64,000 bases of DNA from a virus. Below the pieces are notes generated by a model. That model did no database searches. It was given only the letters and a program-made list of their open reading frames with translations, and was not told the DNA's origin. Shown here one piece after another: positions 44,687 to 56,600 of this stretch. Made by a program: the position numbers and the translations under genes. Location: IMG/VR virus record IMGVR_UViG_3300013006_000023, positions 32,001 through 96,000 of that record; one strand, given 5' to 3'. Each line of letters opens with the position of its first letter. Position 1 is the stretch's first letter.

Positions 44687-45169
44687 GTGGCAACTATAAA
44701 AATTAATTCCATTAAAGAGGTTAAGCCAGCACATGAAGAGTATCTTTACTCGGATCTTACTTTGGACATGGAATTTGGATACACAAAAAGTAATGAACTC
44801 CTTAAACTCAATGAAGTTAAAGATTTAAAGCTGAGCTATAATTATAATGCCATTAAAAATTCTATATTCAATTTATTCAACACATCCAAAGGTCAGAAAC
44901 CGCTCAATCCCGAATTCGGTCTAAATATAGACAGGTATCTGTTCAATGGGTTGAGTGAATCAATAGGATATGTAATAGGAAATGATATATTGGACAATAT
45001 AACCAGATTTGAACCGCGAATCAATGTTATAAATGTGGATGTTGCTGTGGATGAGCCAAATTTTCAATATATTATAACCTTGGTAGTGGTAGTACCGAAT
45101 ATTAAGAAGGATAACAGGATTAAATTAGTGGGGACACTAAGTAATTCAGGATTTAACTTCACAAATTAA
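44687..45169 (+). CDS. gp25: Baseplate wedge gp25
   Basis: AIKNSIFNLFNTSKGQKPLNPEFG...LF...ITRFEPRI. Confidence 0.92.
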   Translation: MATIKINSIKEVKPAHEEYLYSDLTLDMEFGYTKSNELLKLNEVKDLKLSYNYNAIKNSIFNLFNTSKGQKPLNPEFGLNIDRYLFNGLSESIGYVIGNDILDNITRFEPRINVINVDVAVDEPNFQYIITLVVVVPNIKKDNRIKLVGTLSNSGFNFTN

Positions 45170-45170
45170 T

Positions 45171-47024
45171 ATGGCAACATTCGAACAATTTCCTTTGCTT
45201 AAAAACGAGTATGTAGCTTTTGATGCTACTAGCTTGAAGTCATTAATCACTACCAGATTAAACAGCAAGCAGATATTCACAGATCAAAATTTCGAGGGCA
45301 GCAATATTTCCTCTGTAATTGACATTGTTGCGTATGCATACAATGTTTTAATCTTTTATCTCAATCAAACTGCCTCAGAAAGTACTTTTACCACTGCAGA
45401 ATTGTACGAAAATATTAATAAAATTGTAAAACTACTAAGCTACAAACCAATAGGATCACAAACACCCATATTGCCTTTTCTAGCCACTGGTCAGCCAGCA
45501 TTGCTTGCAAATATCTATACAATTCCAAGATACAGTTATTTCACTATCAATGGCTACAATTATTCATTCAATAACGACATATCTTTCTTCAAGACTACAA
45601 ATGCTTCAGAAGTATTAACTGATTTACAAGATAATAACTTACTTTATCAAGGAACGTTCACTGAATACCCCATTTATACTGCAACTGGTGAGCCTTACGA
45701 GGTATTAACCATCTCCATAGTAGATAATGATAATAACAATGCTATTATTGATCATTTTAATGTGGATGTGTATGTGAAAGATAATGCCACTCCCAATGCT
45801 AAATGGGAAAAATGGGCACCAGTGCAGTCGTTGTTCTTGCAACGCTCCAATTCCACGTCATATGAAATTAGATTGAATGAAAACGAAAGATACGAGATAA
45901 AGTTTGGCAACAACGTCACTGGTAAAAAATTAAATGCTGGTGATCAAGTTGCCATTTATTATCTAAAGAGTGATGGCAGTAAAGGCGAAGTAGGACCTGG
46001 GCTATTAAACAATAACAAATTGTTTTTCTTCAACACGCCAAATTTTGCACAAGTAAAAATTGATACAACTCCGGAGAATCTTAACATCATAACTGCTCAA
46101 CAAGCTGCGCTTATTAATTTTACAAATATTGACGGCTCAACCACATACATAGAAAGAGAGAGTGTGAGCCGCATAAAAGAAAATTCCATCAATACATTCA
46201 GAAGTCAATATAGACTCATAACCAGTGATGATTTTATTAGCTATGTTTCTAAAAATTACAGTAATATTATTTCATCTGTGTATGCAGTCAATAATTGGGA
46301 CTATATATCTGGTCATTTAAAGTATTACTTTGATTTAGGCATAACTAATCCAAACAATACAAGTAGAGTATTCTTTAACCAAGTAAAATTTGCTGATTCA
46401 TGTAATTTTAACAACGTCTACATTTATGCTGTACCCAAATTAGAAAAGTTAACATCACTTACATCAAGATCCAATTATTTAAACGCCTCACAGAAGCAGC
46501 TATTGTTAAATGACCTGCAGCAAGTCAAACTTACAACATCAGAAGTAATAATTAATGACCCTGTGTATGTAGCTGTTGATGTAGGCACTAGCTTCAATAA
46601 TGAAACCCTTTCACCCGCCATTGCAGACACATCTTTTATTGAAATCTCAAGAGACATTACTTCAAAAAGAAATCCAGAAGCACTTAAAAAGCTTATAACT
46701 AAAATATTTACTGATTATTTTTCTACTCTTAACAATAACTTAGGTGCCACCATAAGTCTTACTAACATATCCAATCAAATAAGAGCTCTTGAAGGTGTAA
46801 CTGATGTGAAGACCAAAAGAATCCAAGGTGAAAATACTATAGAAGTAAATGGCATTAATTTATTGGTCTATAACCCCGTCTACCCATTCAAAGACATATC
46901 AATTATAGCACAAGATACAAAATTACCTTATTTTAAATATCCATACTTAAACAACGTCCTTGATTTTGGCAATAAGATAAGAATTGTTACTCCTTCTATA
47001 CAAACTATAACTAAGGAGTATTAA
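45171..47024 (+). CDS. gp6: Baseplate wedge gp6
   Basis: FDATSLK...FTDQNFEGSNISSVIDIVAY...ESTFTTA...YEIKFGNNVTGK...QYRLITSDDF. Confidence 0.9.
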   Translation: MATFEQFPLLKNEYVAFDATSLKSLITTRLNSKQIFTDQNFEGSNISSVIDIVAYAYNVLIFYLNQTASESTFTTAELYENINKIVKLLSYKPIGSQTPILPFLATGQPALLANIYTIPRYSYFTINGYNYSFNNDISFFKTTNASEVLTDLQDNNLLYQGTFTEYPIYTATGEPYEVLTISIVDNDNNNAIIDHFNVDVYVKDNATPNAKWEKWAPVQSLFLQRSNSTSYEIRLNENERYEIKFGNNVTGKKLNAGDQVAIYYLKSDGSKGEVGPGLLNNNKLFFFNTPNFAQVKIDTTPENLNIITAQQAALINFTNIDGSTTYIERESVSRIKENSINTFRSQYRLITSDDFISYVSKNYSNIISSVYAVNNWDYISGHLKYYFDLGITNPNNTSRVFFNQVKFADSCNFNNVYIYAVPKLEKLTSLTSRSNYLNASQKQLLLNDLQQVKLTTSEVIINDPVYVAVDVGTSFNNETLSPAIADTSFIEISRDITSKRNPEALKKLITKIFTDYFSTLNNNLGATISLTNISNQIRALEGVTDVKTKRIQGENTIEVNGINLLVYNPVYPFKDISIIAQDTKLPYFKYPYLNNVLDFGNKIRIVTPSIQTITKEY

Positions 47025-50000
47025 TGGCTAATACTACCCCGCAGTTCATAAATTATTCATATATATATTTTGATGTAAAGGATTATTCAAACAACAGAAC
47101 ATTATCATCCTACACACTTGAAAATACACCACTTGTCTTTATACCCAATTTAACCTCTTCTGCCTTACTTACTGCATCAGACGCCATATCAAACAAGTAC
47201 GTGCAATGGAATTTCGGTGATGGAACGTTTTCAAACGATTTAACTGCAACTCATAGATACAAATGGCCAGGGATATACAAACCTATACTGACTGTTTATA
47301 ACAGGCAAGGTGTACCATATGATTCAAGCTATCAACCCCTCATTGAAATCAAAGATTTTGTACCTGATGCACTTATTTTTAGAGACAGCGATAAATTCTT
47401 TCTGAATACTCTTGCTGGTAAGCTTACTGAACCTATTGATCTGTATAGATATAATAGTTGGCAGTCATATCCTGCATTGAGCTCTGAGGGATACACCATT
47501 AATTTGTATGCTTCAGGTGCACTTGGTGAATATCTTGATTTAGATAGATATAATAATGATAAATGGGGCCATTTAAGAAAAACTAGCAGATTTTATATTA
47601 AAAATGAATACAACGGCAATGAAGAATATACAGTTGTTGACAGTTTGTGTACTAATAGCGTGGAGATATACACAGTCGTTGATGGTGGTATCTTAACAAT
47701 ATGCAGCATGGACACACCCAACAGTGTTTTTGCAGGCACTTCTGGGCAAAAGTCAATTTACTATGCAGACGATTATGTAAAAAATTTCTCAACAAGAAAC
47801 GCTCCTATCTTCATATTCGCAAATTTTGATAGTTCCAAATTTAGTGACAGCTTTACTATTAAAAATGATGCTTATCGTAGCATAAGGTACATGCCTATTG
47901 GATATCAAAATCTTAAACCAGCCATATTTCCATTTACTAAAATAAGATTTAATCCAGCTGATAAACTATCAATTTCAACAACAGGCATAGACGGGGAAGG
48001 TACACTGTCTACAACAGTATTTGATATTCCAAAATTGAGCTGGTCGAAAACCCAAATTCCATTTGTTATAAAACTTAAAGACAATGAAAATTTTACTACC
48101 AAAACATACCAAGAGCTAGATTCGTCCACTATTCATCCAAATCTTTCCAATGTTCAATACTTTAACCTGCAGCTTGCGTTACTGGAGCAAACTGACAACG
48201 GGGTTCGCCCCATAACTGCAGTTAAATTTTATGACGACTTTGGTTCTGATATTCCTAAATCTATAGGCGGGTTTTATAAAGGGTATTTTGTGGCTGATAC
48301 CACAAGTAACAATTGCTTTCTGAGTGCATCAATGGTTATTAGAGATGTTCCAAACATGTTTCTTGATACCATATTTGGATGGATTGCGTTGCCACAATTC
48401 AACAAATTGCAAAGGTACTTCAAACAAGAAATATATAGCTATTGCACCGGTCTATTAACATTAAATTTATCTGCGGAATCCATCAAGTACGACAGCAGGA
48501 GCAATAGAAATGTCTACTCCATACAAGTAATACCTTCAGGCTCTGACTATACAAAAGATTTTCAAACTTGGTTTGCTGATGGCTCCAGAGATACACTATT
48601 TAAATTTGATGTGAATGGCAATATGTTATCTTCATTTAGCCTTTCCTCTTACCCACTATCTACTACCTCTGGAATTACTTATATAGATCTAAGATCGCCA
48701 CAAATAAGTAGTGCTGCCCCTGGAAGTTTGGCATTAGACGCAAGAAATGATCTTTGGATGACACTTTTTGATAGTGTATCAGTATTAAAATTAGATTGCA
48801 ATACAGGTGTTATTAAATCTGTAGCTTATCCTGCAAACAGTAACATTGTATATCTATTGAGCTCCGACTACAACTTGCCACAATTAAGTGGTTTTGCAGG
48901 TGAGAATTTATTCTTACCCTCCAGCGTGGATACTGACGTAGATAATAACATTTGGGTAACATACACCCATCCAGCTTCCAACTTCCTCATAAAGTACGAT
49001 ACATATGGCCAGCTATTAACTACAATTCTATTTCCAAAAGTAATAAGCCCTGTGGAGGTGGTTATTGACAGAGATAATAATGCATGGTTGACTGCTTATA
49101 ATTTAATTAGTGGATACAGGTTAGATCAAAGAGATGATTTTCTCTATAAATTCAATAACAAAGGCGAATTGCTCTCAGGCTATCCAATCAAAGGGTTTAA
49201 GAATATTGGAAATCTCACAATTGATACGCTACAGAATGCCATTGTGTTTGAAAACCAACAAACCGTTACAAAAATAAACAAGAACACTTTACAAAAAACA
49301 TATTTTAAAGCAGGTAGTGCCAATCAAACCACATACATAGGCAGCGCTGGGGGCATTGCATGTGACACAGGGGATTTTGTCTGGGTAATTAATAACTTTG
49401 ATAAGAGATTATATTTTATTGATTCATACCAAGAGCCTGCTGATGCTTATAATAATATGTCTTGGGTGACGCTTGAATACCCACCTGAAAGTGTGGAGAA
49501 TGTATTAAGCTCTTTTCAAATGAAACAATTTCAAGCTTATGGTGATTGGTTGGGTCAAAGATGGTCAAACAAATATGCTGTAAAATCATCTCTTGAAAGA
49601 GCCATTACAGGCAGCAGTAATTCTTTTAAAATATTGCCTTATACTGGTGAGTATAATGTGTATAAAGTTAATGAAGATTTTAATGCTGAAGGGTTCTATT
49701 ATTCATTAGCTTATAATGATCTGTTAAGTGAATGTAATAAATTTTTTAAATCATTCTTGGGCACAATAGTTGGTGGTGTGACTGCTCAGCCCTATGAACT
49801 TGGAAAAACAATTTACGAAAAAATTGCTAATTTTGTTAGCAATAAAAGCGACATTGATCTTGTCAATCTTGACTCTCTCTTGAGCATGTGCAATGAATTG
49901 TCTGTACAATTTGAACAATATAATTATCCATTTCCTCCTCAGATTGAAAGGCTAGTCAACTTATTATCCATTAAGCATAAAAAGCTATGGGGAGATAAAA

Positions 50001-50491
50001 ATAAATATGACTTAAACTTTGATAATAAATTAGGTTCATATCCCATCTCCAAAGCCACCAATTTAGGCGATGAATTATCTGTACTTACAAGTGTAGTTAC
50101 TGCTTATACTCCGGTAGTAGCATATGAAATATTCTCAAATACCTACACAGTTGTGAACAGAACACTCATTCCTGGTCTTAATATCAACGAGACTGCACCT
50201 CTATCAACATTTAACTACAATTGGGCATGGGGGCTGGTCTTGCCAGCAGCAGTATCTGGTGTGAAGATTAAAGATTATTATAAATTTTACAAGTATGTTG
50301 AAAAATATAATGATGGTGTGTATGATAATATCATAGATTGGAATAACCCACATACAACTTTAAGCTATTCTAACAGCAGCTTTAATGAATGGTCCAAGAT
50401 CAATGGCATAATGGAAAATGTATTAAGCTATGAACTAACAAAAGGGCTTAGATTGATATTAAGCGCTAGCGACCTGGTATATAACAATTAA
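47024..50491 (+). CDS. Large baseplate protein: PKD domain + NHL/Vgb-like beta-propeller + gp7-like C-terminus
   Basis: WNFGDG...HRYKWPGIY (PKD); repeated [LV]xxDxxNxxW[VM]T blades; C-terminal IANFV...DIDLVNLDSL; follows gp6. Confidence 0.6.
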   Translation: MANTTPQFINYSYIYFDVKDYSNNRTLSSYTLENTPLVFIPNLTSSALLTASDAISNKYVQWNFGDGTFSNDLTATHRYKWPGIYKPILTVYNRQGVPYDSSYQPLIEIKDFVPDALIFRDSDKFFLNTLAGKLTEPIDLYRYNSWQSYPALSSEGYTINLYASGALGEYLDLDRYNNDKWGHLRKTSRFYIKNEYNGNEEYTVVDSLCTNSVEIYTVVDGGILTICSMDTPNSVFAGTSGQKSIYYADDYVKNFSTRNAPIFIFANFDSSKFSDSFTIKNDAYRSIRYMPIGYQNLKPAIFPFTKIRFNPADKLSISTTGIDGEGTLSTTVFDIPKLSWSKTQIPFVIKLKDNENFTTKTYQELDSSTIHPNLSNVQYFNLQLALLEQTDNGVRPITAVKFYDDFGSDIPKSIGGFYKGYFVADTTSNNCFLSASMVIRDVPNMFLDTIFGWIALPQFNKLQRYFKQEIYSYCTGLLTLNLSAESIKYDSRSNRNVYSIQVIPSGSDYTKDFQTWFADGSRDTLFKFDVNGNMLSSFSLSSYPLSTTSGITYIDLRSPQISSAAPGSLALDARNDLWMTLFDSVSVLKLDCNTGVIKSVAYPANSNIVYLLSSDYNLPQLSGFAGENLFLPSSVDTDVDNNIWVTYTHPASNFLIKYDTYGQLLTTILFPKVISPVEVVIDRDNNAWLTAYNLISGYRLDQRDDFLYKFNNKGELLSGYPIKGFKNIGNLTIDTLQNAIVFENQQTVTKINKNTLQKTYFKAGSANQTTYIGSAGGIACDTGDFVWVINNFDKRLYFIDSYQEPADAYNNMSWVTLEYPPESVENVLSSFQMKQFQAYGDWLGQRWSNKYAVKSSLERAITGSSNSFKILPYTGEYNVYKVNEDFNAEGFYYSLAYNDLLSECNKFFKSFLGTIVGGVTAQPYELGKTIYEKIANFVSNKSDIDLVNLDSLLSMCNELSVQFEQYNYPFPPQIERLVNLLSIKHKKLWGDKNKYDLNFDNKLGSYPISKATNLGDELSVLTSVVTAYTPVVAYEIFSNTYTVVNRTLIPGLNINETAPLSTFNYNWAWGLVLPAAVSGVKIKDYYKFYKYVEKYNDGVYDNIIDWNNPHTTLSYSNSSFNEWSKINGIMENVLSYELTKGLRLILSASDLVYNN

Positions 50492-50494
50492 ATA
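50489..50494 (+). promoter_or_regulatory. Late promoter TAAATA
   Basis: 5 nt before ATG 50500. Confidence 0.6.
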
Positions 50495-50499
50495 ATTAG

Positions 50500-53400
50500 A
50501 TGCCCGATAATTTTAATTATTTTGACGAAAAAATAAAAGATGTATCGATAACGTCGACTAATCCAGTAGATAATCCTGTGGATTCAGGTGCACCCCTCAC
50601 TTTTAATGAATGGTTACAGTACAATAGCAGCTTATATACAAATGCCGAAGAATTTCTATCACGATACCAGTCTTATCTCAACAATTGGTACCAAAAAAAG
50701 AATTTATCAGTAGAAGAGCAAACCATCTCATCCAGAGATCTATACACGCAACTCATCAGTGAAATAGTTATTAACTACAGCTCTTCAGAAGAAAAGAGAT
50801 TCTTAAAGAACATTGATATTAATAATAATAGAGATTTAGCCATAGCTATCCCCTTCTTTTCAACAAAAATTAAAGAAATATGCTTATATTACAGTACTTT
50901 ACGCGATGAAGTAAATTCAGCCAACATTAAATTCAATTTGAGAGGATCAGATCTTGGATTAGAGAAATTAATTTACAATGAAGTGTCAAAAAGTCTTGAA
51001 AATGAAGACTTGGTTGACCTCATATCCACTCTTGGTTTATCATTAAGTGAGGTAAGAAACAATCTTGTGGTAGAAGTTGGTGATTTGTACGACACATACA
51101 GCAATTATCTTGATGTGAGTCCTGACAAACAGCCATCTGATTACAATTTAACGCCAGAAGACGACAGAAGTAAATATTTTTCTTTAAACCAATATGATAT
51201 TAATAGCGATGTTTTCATTAACCTAAACTCTGCAATAGTAACAGCCATCACAGGCTATCCTTTTTATCTAATAGAGTTGGGTACTAATAATTTCTCCATC
51301 ACTCCTAATGTATCACCACAAGATCTAATTTACTTGAAAGATAGTGATTTCATTAACACTATCAATACAAATAACAAAGACAATTTAAATCTAAATCTCG
51401 ATAAACTACTCACACCCAAGTTCATGGGCACAAGTTATTATTTTCTTTCAACAGGAACAACACAAACAAATTATGTCACTGGTTTACTTTTTGATGCAAA
51501 GAACAAATTTGCAAATTATTTGAACAAAAGATATCCAACAGTTGCAGCAGTGGCAAGTGACAGCTTTTTAAAAACCGGCAAAGAAATTGGTTTGTTTTTT
51601 AAACCTGATAAACTAGGGTTAACCACTTTTGTTTCCAAAGATTTTAATGCTCAAGTAAATGCAGCTGCGTTAAGTGCCAATACACTTTATGTTTTTCCAG
51701 ACCCTAGTGAATACGGCAATGTAAGCGGTCTAACAAAAGAAAATTTTAGTTCACCTTTAATCTTTAATGAAAACAACTATGATTTAAAAATTGATTTCTC
51801 CAATCAATACAGATTTGGTGAAGCTGACAGCAATCCATACTATCAAACGTTCAGAGGGTACCAAAGCAGAGAGCAAAGCCTGCAAGATGCACCTCAAGGC
51901 ATATCAAGATATGTGGACAGTCAAGAGTTCTTTGCCGGTGATCTCAAGAAAGTCTGGGCAAACAAAGATACCTTCCCCTTGTTTCCTATTACCCGATACC
52001 CTCTTGATGAAAGGATAGATGCGTTAGTCTCTATCAATAAAACTTTGGTCAACTATAAGAGCGATATATTTGGCAACGAGTATAGTGTATACAAAAATTC
52101 TCATCCAAGCAGGCTCATAGACGATTTGGTGAAGTATCTTTTGAATAGAGTTAAAGAACGCATTTATTATTGCTTGCTTGTAAATGGGCATTTTTATTAT
52201 GACAGTGTTTCCGGCTTCAATTTTAACTATGCAGTACAAGATGTTGCAAAAGGATACTCTGGCATAATCTTAAAAACCACAACCAACATTCCTCCTGGTT
52301 CAGGATACTGGCTTCAAGGTGGTACATTTGCAACATCCACCTCTGCCTACAATCAAGGGCCTCCACAGTTTTATCTCTCAGGCGCACCTACTCCATTGGC
52401 ATCATACAGGTTTTTACCAGAAAAGTTTTGCCCCAGCTACATAGAAAAAGACTTTGAATGCTTCATAGCTGATGGTGTAACATTTACTGGAAAAAATGGT
52501 GAAATATTTGATGATTATTCTTCAGACAGATCCAGCTTCAATGAAGACTCTAATGTGTATTACAATACATTGTATGATGCAGGCATGAACCCTGCAGGCC
52601 CTAGAGGCAGAGCTAATACTGTGAATCCTGGCATCTTCAACTACAACCCACCACAATCTGCGTATTCCACTCTGGATAATTATCTGTATCTGTACAGAGG
52701 CATACCCATTTGTTCCACAGTATTTCAACTGCCTTCTTATACTGAAAATAATAATTTCTTAAATTACAAATTACCCAATCGAGACACCAAAGCACTTACA
52801 GAAGCTTTTTCCATGAAAAAGAGAAGAAGCGTGTATGAGCTCAAGTATGTGGACTTAGGTGAAATATATTTCAGAAGCTCCAATTCTGATACTATTGCTC
52901 CTGCTTCAGCAGCATTGAGCAGCGTATTTATAAAATATGACACCTTCATTCAGAACGAAATATACAATAACTCTGTTGGATTGGATGTTTATTATGATGT
53001 GCTGCAGATTGACACAGTAAACTACACAATTTTTGATAAGCTTAAATTTAATTATGAAACTAATCAAATAATAGGATCCACAAGAAGCGATGTATACTTT
53101 AAGGCTGGAGACAGCAATTTGGAAAAGATATCAACTGTGTGGTTCAATGAAGTGGAGAATGCATTAATAATTTGCAAGACTGTTCTGTTTCCCGAATTAA
53201 GTGCCACAAACAGCAAGATTTTATATCCAGAAATCTATAGTATTGATCTGCGCACTCTCAACTTCACCCAATTGTATCCATTTGCCAAGAGAGACAATTT
53301 AACAATGAATGATGTGGCTAGCTTCACTCTGTCCTCATTGAATGTTAACATAGTTTCCATAGACAAACCTCTGTTAAGTTACAGCAGTGAGACTGAAACG

Positions 53401-53628
53401 TACAGCATTACGTATTTGGGCAGAGACATGTCAGGTGTGATGTATATTTTTAAAACGTATTTCAGATACATAAATGGCAAAATAGCAAACATATATTCTG
53501 GTGTTTACGATTTGAGAACCAATGCATCCAGCATTAATATAGGCGATGAGCTCACTGGTTACAGTACAGACAACATACTTGGCACAGGCAATATAAATTA
53601 TGCTGATGATGCATTAATAATGGGATAA
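50500..53628 (+). CDS. Large virion (baseplate-associated) protein of unknown function
   Basis: 1042 aa, late promoter, located between baseplate and fibre genes. Confidence 0.65.
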   Translation: MPDNFNYFDEKIKDVSITSTNPVDNPVDSGAPLTFNEWLQYNSSLYTNAEEFLSRYQSYLNNWYQKKNLSVEEQTISSRDLYTQLISEIVINYSSSEEKRFLKNIDINNNRDLAIAIPFFSTKIKEICLYYSTLRDEVNSANIKFNLRGSDLGLEKLIYNEVSKSLENEDLVDLISTLGLSLSEVRNNLVVEVGDLYDTYSNYLDVSPDKQPSDYNLTPEDDRSKYFSLNQYDINSDVFINLNSAIVTAITGYPFYLIELGTNNFSITPNVSPQDLIYLKDSDFINTINTNNKDNLNLNLDKLLTPKFMGTSYYFLSTGTTQTNYVTGLLFDAKNKFANYLNKRYPTVAAVASDSFLKTGKEIGLFFKPDKLGLTTFVSKDFNAQVNAAALSANTLYVFPDPSEYGNVSGLTKENFSSPLIFNENNYDLKIDFSNQYRFGEADSNPYYQTFRGYQSREQSLQDAPQGISRYVDSQEFFAGDLKKVWANKDTFPLFPITRYPLDERIDALVSINKTLVNYKSDIFGNEYSVYKNSHPSRLIDDLVKYLLNRVKERIYYCLLVNGHFYYDSVSGFNFNYAVQDVAKGYSGIILKTTTNIPPGSGYWLQGGTFATSTSAYNQGPPQFYLSGAPTPLASYRFLPEKFCPSYIEKDFECFIADGVTFTGKNGEIFDDYSSDRSSFNEDSNVYYNTLYDAGMNPAGPRGRANTVNPGIFNYNPPQSAYSTLDNYLYLYRGIPICSTVFQLPSYTENNNFLNYKLPNRDTKALTEAFSMKKRRSVYELKYVDLGEIYFRSSNSDTIAPASAALSSVFIKYDTFIQNEIYNNSVGLDVYYDVLQIDTVNYTIFDKLKFNYETNQIIGSTRSDVYFKAGDSNLEKISTVWFNEVENALIICKTVLFPELSATNSKILYPEIYSIDLRTLNFTQLYPFAKRDNLTMNDVASFTLSSLNVNIVSIDKPLLSYSSETETYSITYLGRDMSGVMYIFKTYFRYINGKIANIYSGVYDLRTNASSINIGDELTGYSTDNILGTGNINYADDALIMG

Positions 53629-53632
53629 CAAC

Positions 53633-56600
53633 ATGAATGTACTTCCAGAAAAAATTCGTCTCAATGTAGGCCATCCTGCAAATGTATTAGCAGATTTGAC
53701 TTACAATTATTCGCTTTGCGCGCCCATCTTAAGTTCAATCACTAATGTGCCGCTCCCAGGTTACATTGGCTATTATTTTAATGACGGTAATACTACGAGA
53801 AGATATGCTGCACTAATATATACTACTCAAGATCAATATATATATTCACCGACCAGACAATTAAGCGCAAACAGATGGAATCTAATTTATGGTTTTACAT
53901 CACCTATTAATAATGTTTACGATACCCACACACATACTGATCCTCAACCTATTAATACATCTAGCCCAATTAATAATTATGTAACATTGACTGGTTGGGG
54001 ATTCACAAGAAATATAACCACACTTTCAGGCAGGAAAATACACATAACTTACAATGATTTCAATTGGTATGATATTAATACTGTGCTGGTACAGAATATC
54101 ACAGGTAATTTTACACAATTCAACGGTGTTTACACATATGCGCCGGGTTCACTATCAGGTGTATATGTAAAAGAACTTTATTTGGATCAGTATGGTGTAC
54201 CATATTATGCAGCATTGACATATGTAAAAGATTTTTACTATGGAAATAATCTATGGGCTTTCGGTGAAGGGTATTTAGGTTCCTATAGTTATATATTTTC
54301 AGCTGCAAATGTTTTTCCAATATTGTCTTCATCTGCAATAGTGCCCACAACAGGTTACAGTTATTTTTCATTTCATGGCTTAGATGTAAATCAAAGTCGA
54401 TATGCTTCTTTTGCATATGATCGCATTCAGCCTACACCCACACCCACACCCACTCAAACACCTACACAGACACCCACCAACACACAAACTCCTTCACAGA
54501 CACCCACGCGTACACAGACACCTACACAGACACCCACCAACACACAAACTCCTTCACAGACACCTACCAATACGCAGACACCTTCCAATACCCCCACACA
54601 GACACCCACTCCCACCATCACCAATGTAGGTGTGCAATCTCTTTCATCACTGCCTACAACAGATCCTTCATCAAAAACATCTACTGTAGCTTTGTCAAGT
54701 TTTGTTATCAATCCAACTGATGATGACATATTTTCATTTCAATGCGCACATTATGGCCCCACATTGAGTGGGTGTGAAGGGTTTTCACTATTTTTCATAG
54801 ATACAACTCTACCACCACAACAAAGATATGATGGTGCACCATTGAGAGGCTTGGGGTACAGCAGTCTCATACTCAGAGACGCTGGATTCATAAAAGTTTA
54901 TTTGGGAGTGGAGAATGGTGTGTTTGGAATTGGTTTTGATTCTTCTGGCAATTTTGGCTTGAGTTCAGCTGGTGTATTAGGTTATGGCAAACCCATACCC
55001 AACAGTGTCACACTCAGATCATCAATAAACAATAAATTTGTTCCATTATACAGAACAGAAGACTTATCTAATGAATATTTAGATGAACCCTTCTCCATGT
55101 ATCAACAGCTAACTGGCAGCCCGCAATTCACAGATTACAGAATACGATTCTCAAATTTTGGTAAAACAATCTTTTTAGATTTTAAAAACAGAGAAATATT
55201 TAGAAACATCTTAAAATATGATTTTGCAACTGCTCTGCCTTCCATCATGCCATCAATAGGATTCTCTGCTCTGTCTGGTTCTAAATTGGCTGTCAGAGGA
55301 TTCAATTATAACGGCAATCTCATTCCATTAACACCCACACCCACCCCTTCTATAACACCTTCACGGACACCCACTCAAACTCCAACAACTACCAGAACAC
55401 CCACACCTACTAGAACACTTACACCTACACCTTCCATGACACCTTCCATAACACCTACACCTTCCATAACACCTTCACGGACACCCACTCAAACACCCAC
55501 ACCCACTAGAACACCCACCCCCACTGTAACACCCACACTTCCTGACAACCGAGTATTTTATGCTGATTTTGCCAACACTTTAAGCTATCCAGGCACTGGT
55601 ACCCTTGTTCAGAATTTGAAGAGTTTGTCCAATTATGCAACCTTGACTAATGGATTTTATCCCATTACCAGTTATGGAGGTGGCATACATGTTATTTCTT
55701 CAAATGGTTTTACATTTGATTACCCGGGTTTCACTTGGAATCAATTGGGATTGAACAACAACTTCACTGTTAACATGTGGCTGCAATTGAGCAGTTATCC
55801 ACAAGAATATTTCCGATCATTGTTCAGCAGTGAAAGCTACCAGTTGAGTGGGTTCAGATGCTTTCTAGGAGGCTCTGGCTCTGGTAGCTTGCAAGGTAGA
55901 CTAGTCTTTGGTAATGGTGAAAGTTTATCTTCTACAGATTCTCCAGCATTCGCTGTGCAACCGGCAACTGTGGTGCCTCTCAACACACCAGTCAATCTCA
56001 CATTCACAGTGGCTCCATGTGGTGGACCTCTTGGAGTAGTGGCCAGTGTGTACATGAATGGCATGATGGCAGCATCTGCCTCTGGCAATTTCCGATCACC
56101 ATGGAACACCACAATCAGACTATTCAGCATTGGTGGCTGGAAACCAGCAGAGTGTGATTTCTTTTTAGCAGAGTATGCCACAGGAGCACAGCCTTCATGG
56201 CAAGTTAAGGACAGATACAACCAATATGCACCTCGCTTTAGACCTGCTGTTTATAATTATATTACATTTACAGGTGAAATTATTCCAATAGTAGCACCAC
56301 AAACCCCTAACTATTTAATTGTATCAACAGATGTACAAACATTCAGCGCTACTTTCGATTCACAAATACTAGGCATATCAAATAATTTCGATACTAACAA
56401 TTTTACCAACTGTAACCTTACTTTTAATTACAGCGCCGGTCTATCGGCTAATAAACAGGTTGTATATACTACACAAAACGCTACAATTTCTAGTAATTTA
56501 GGCAATTTATATACTTTGTATTACACAAATACCGGTTCAATTATATTAGGTTTTGCTGTCAGCAATTTAAATGTCCCGCCTATAACAAGCTACCCACCCC

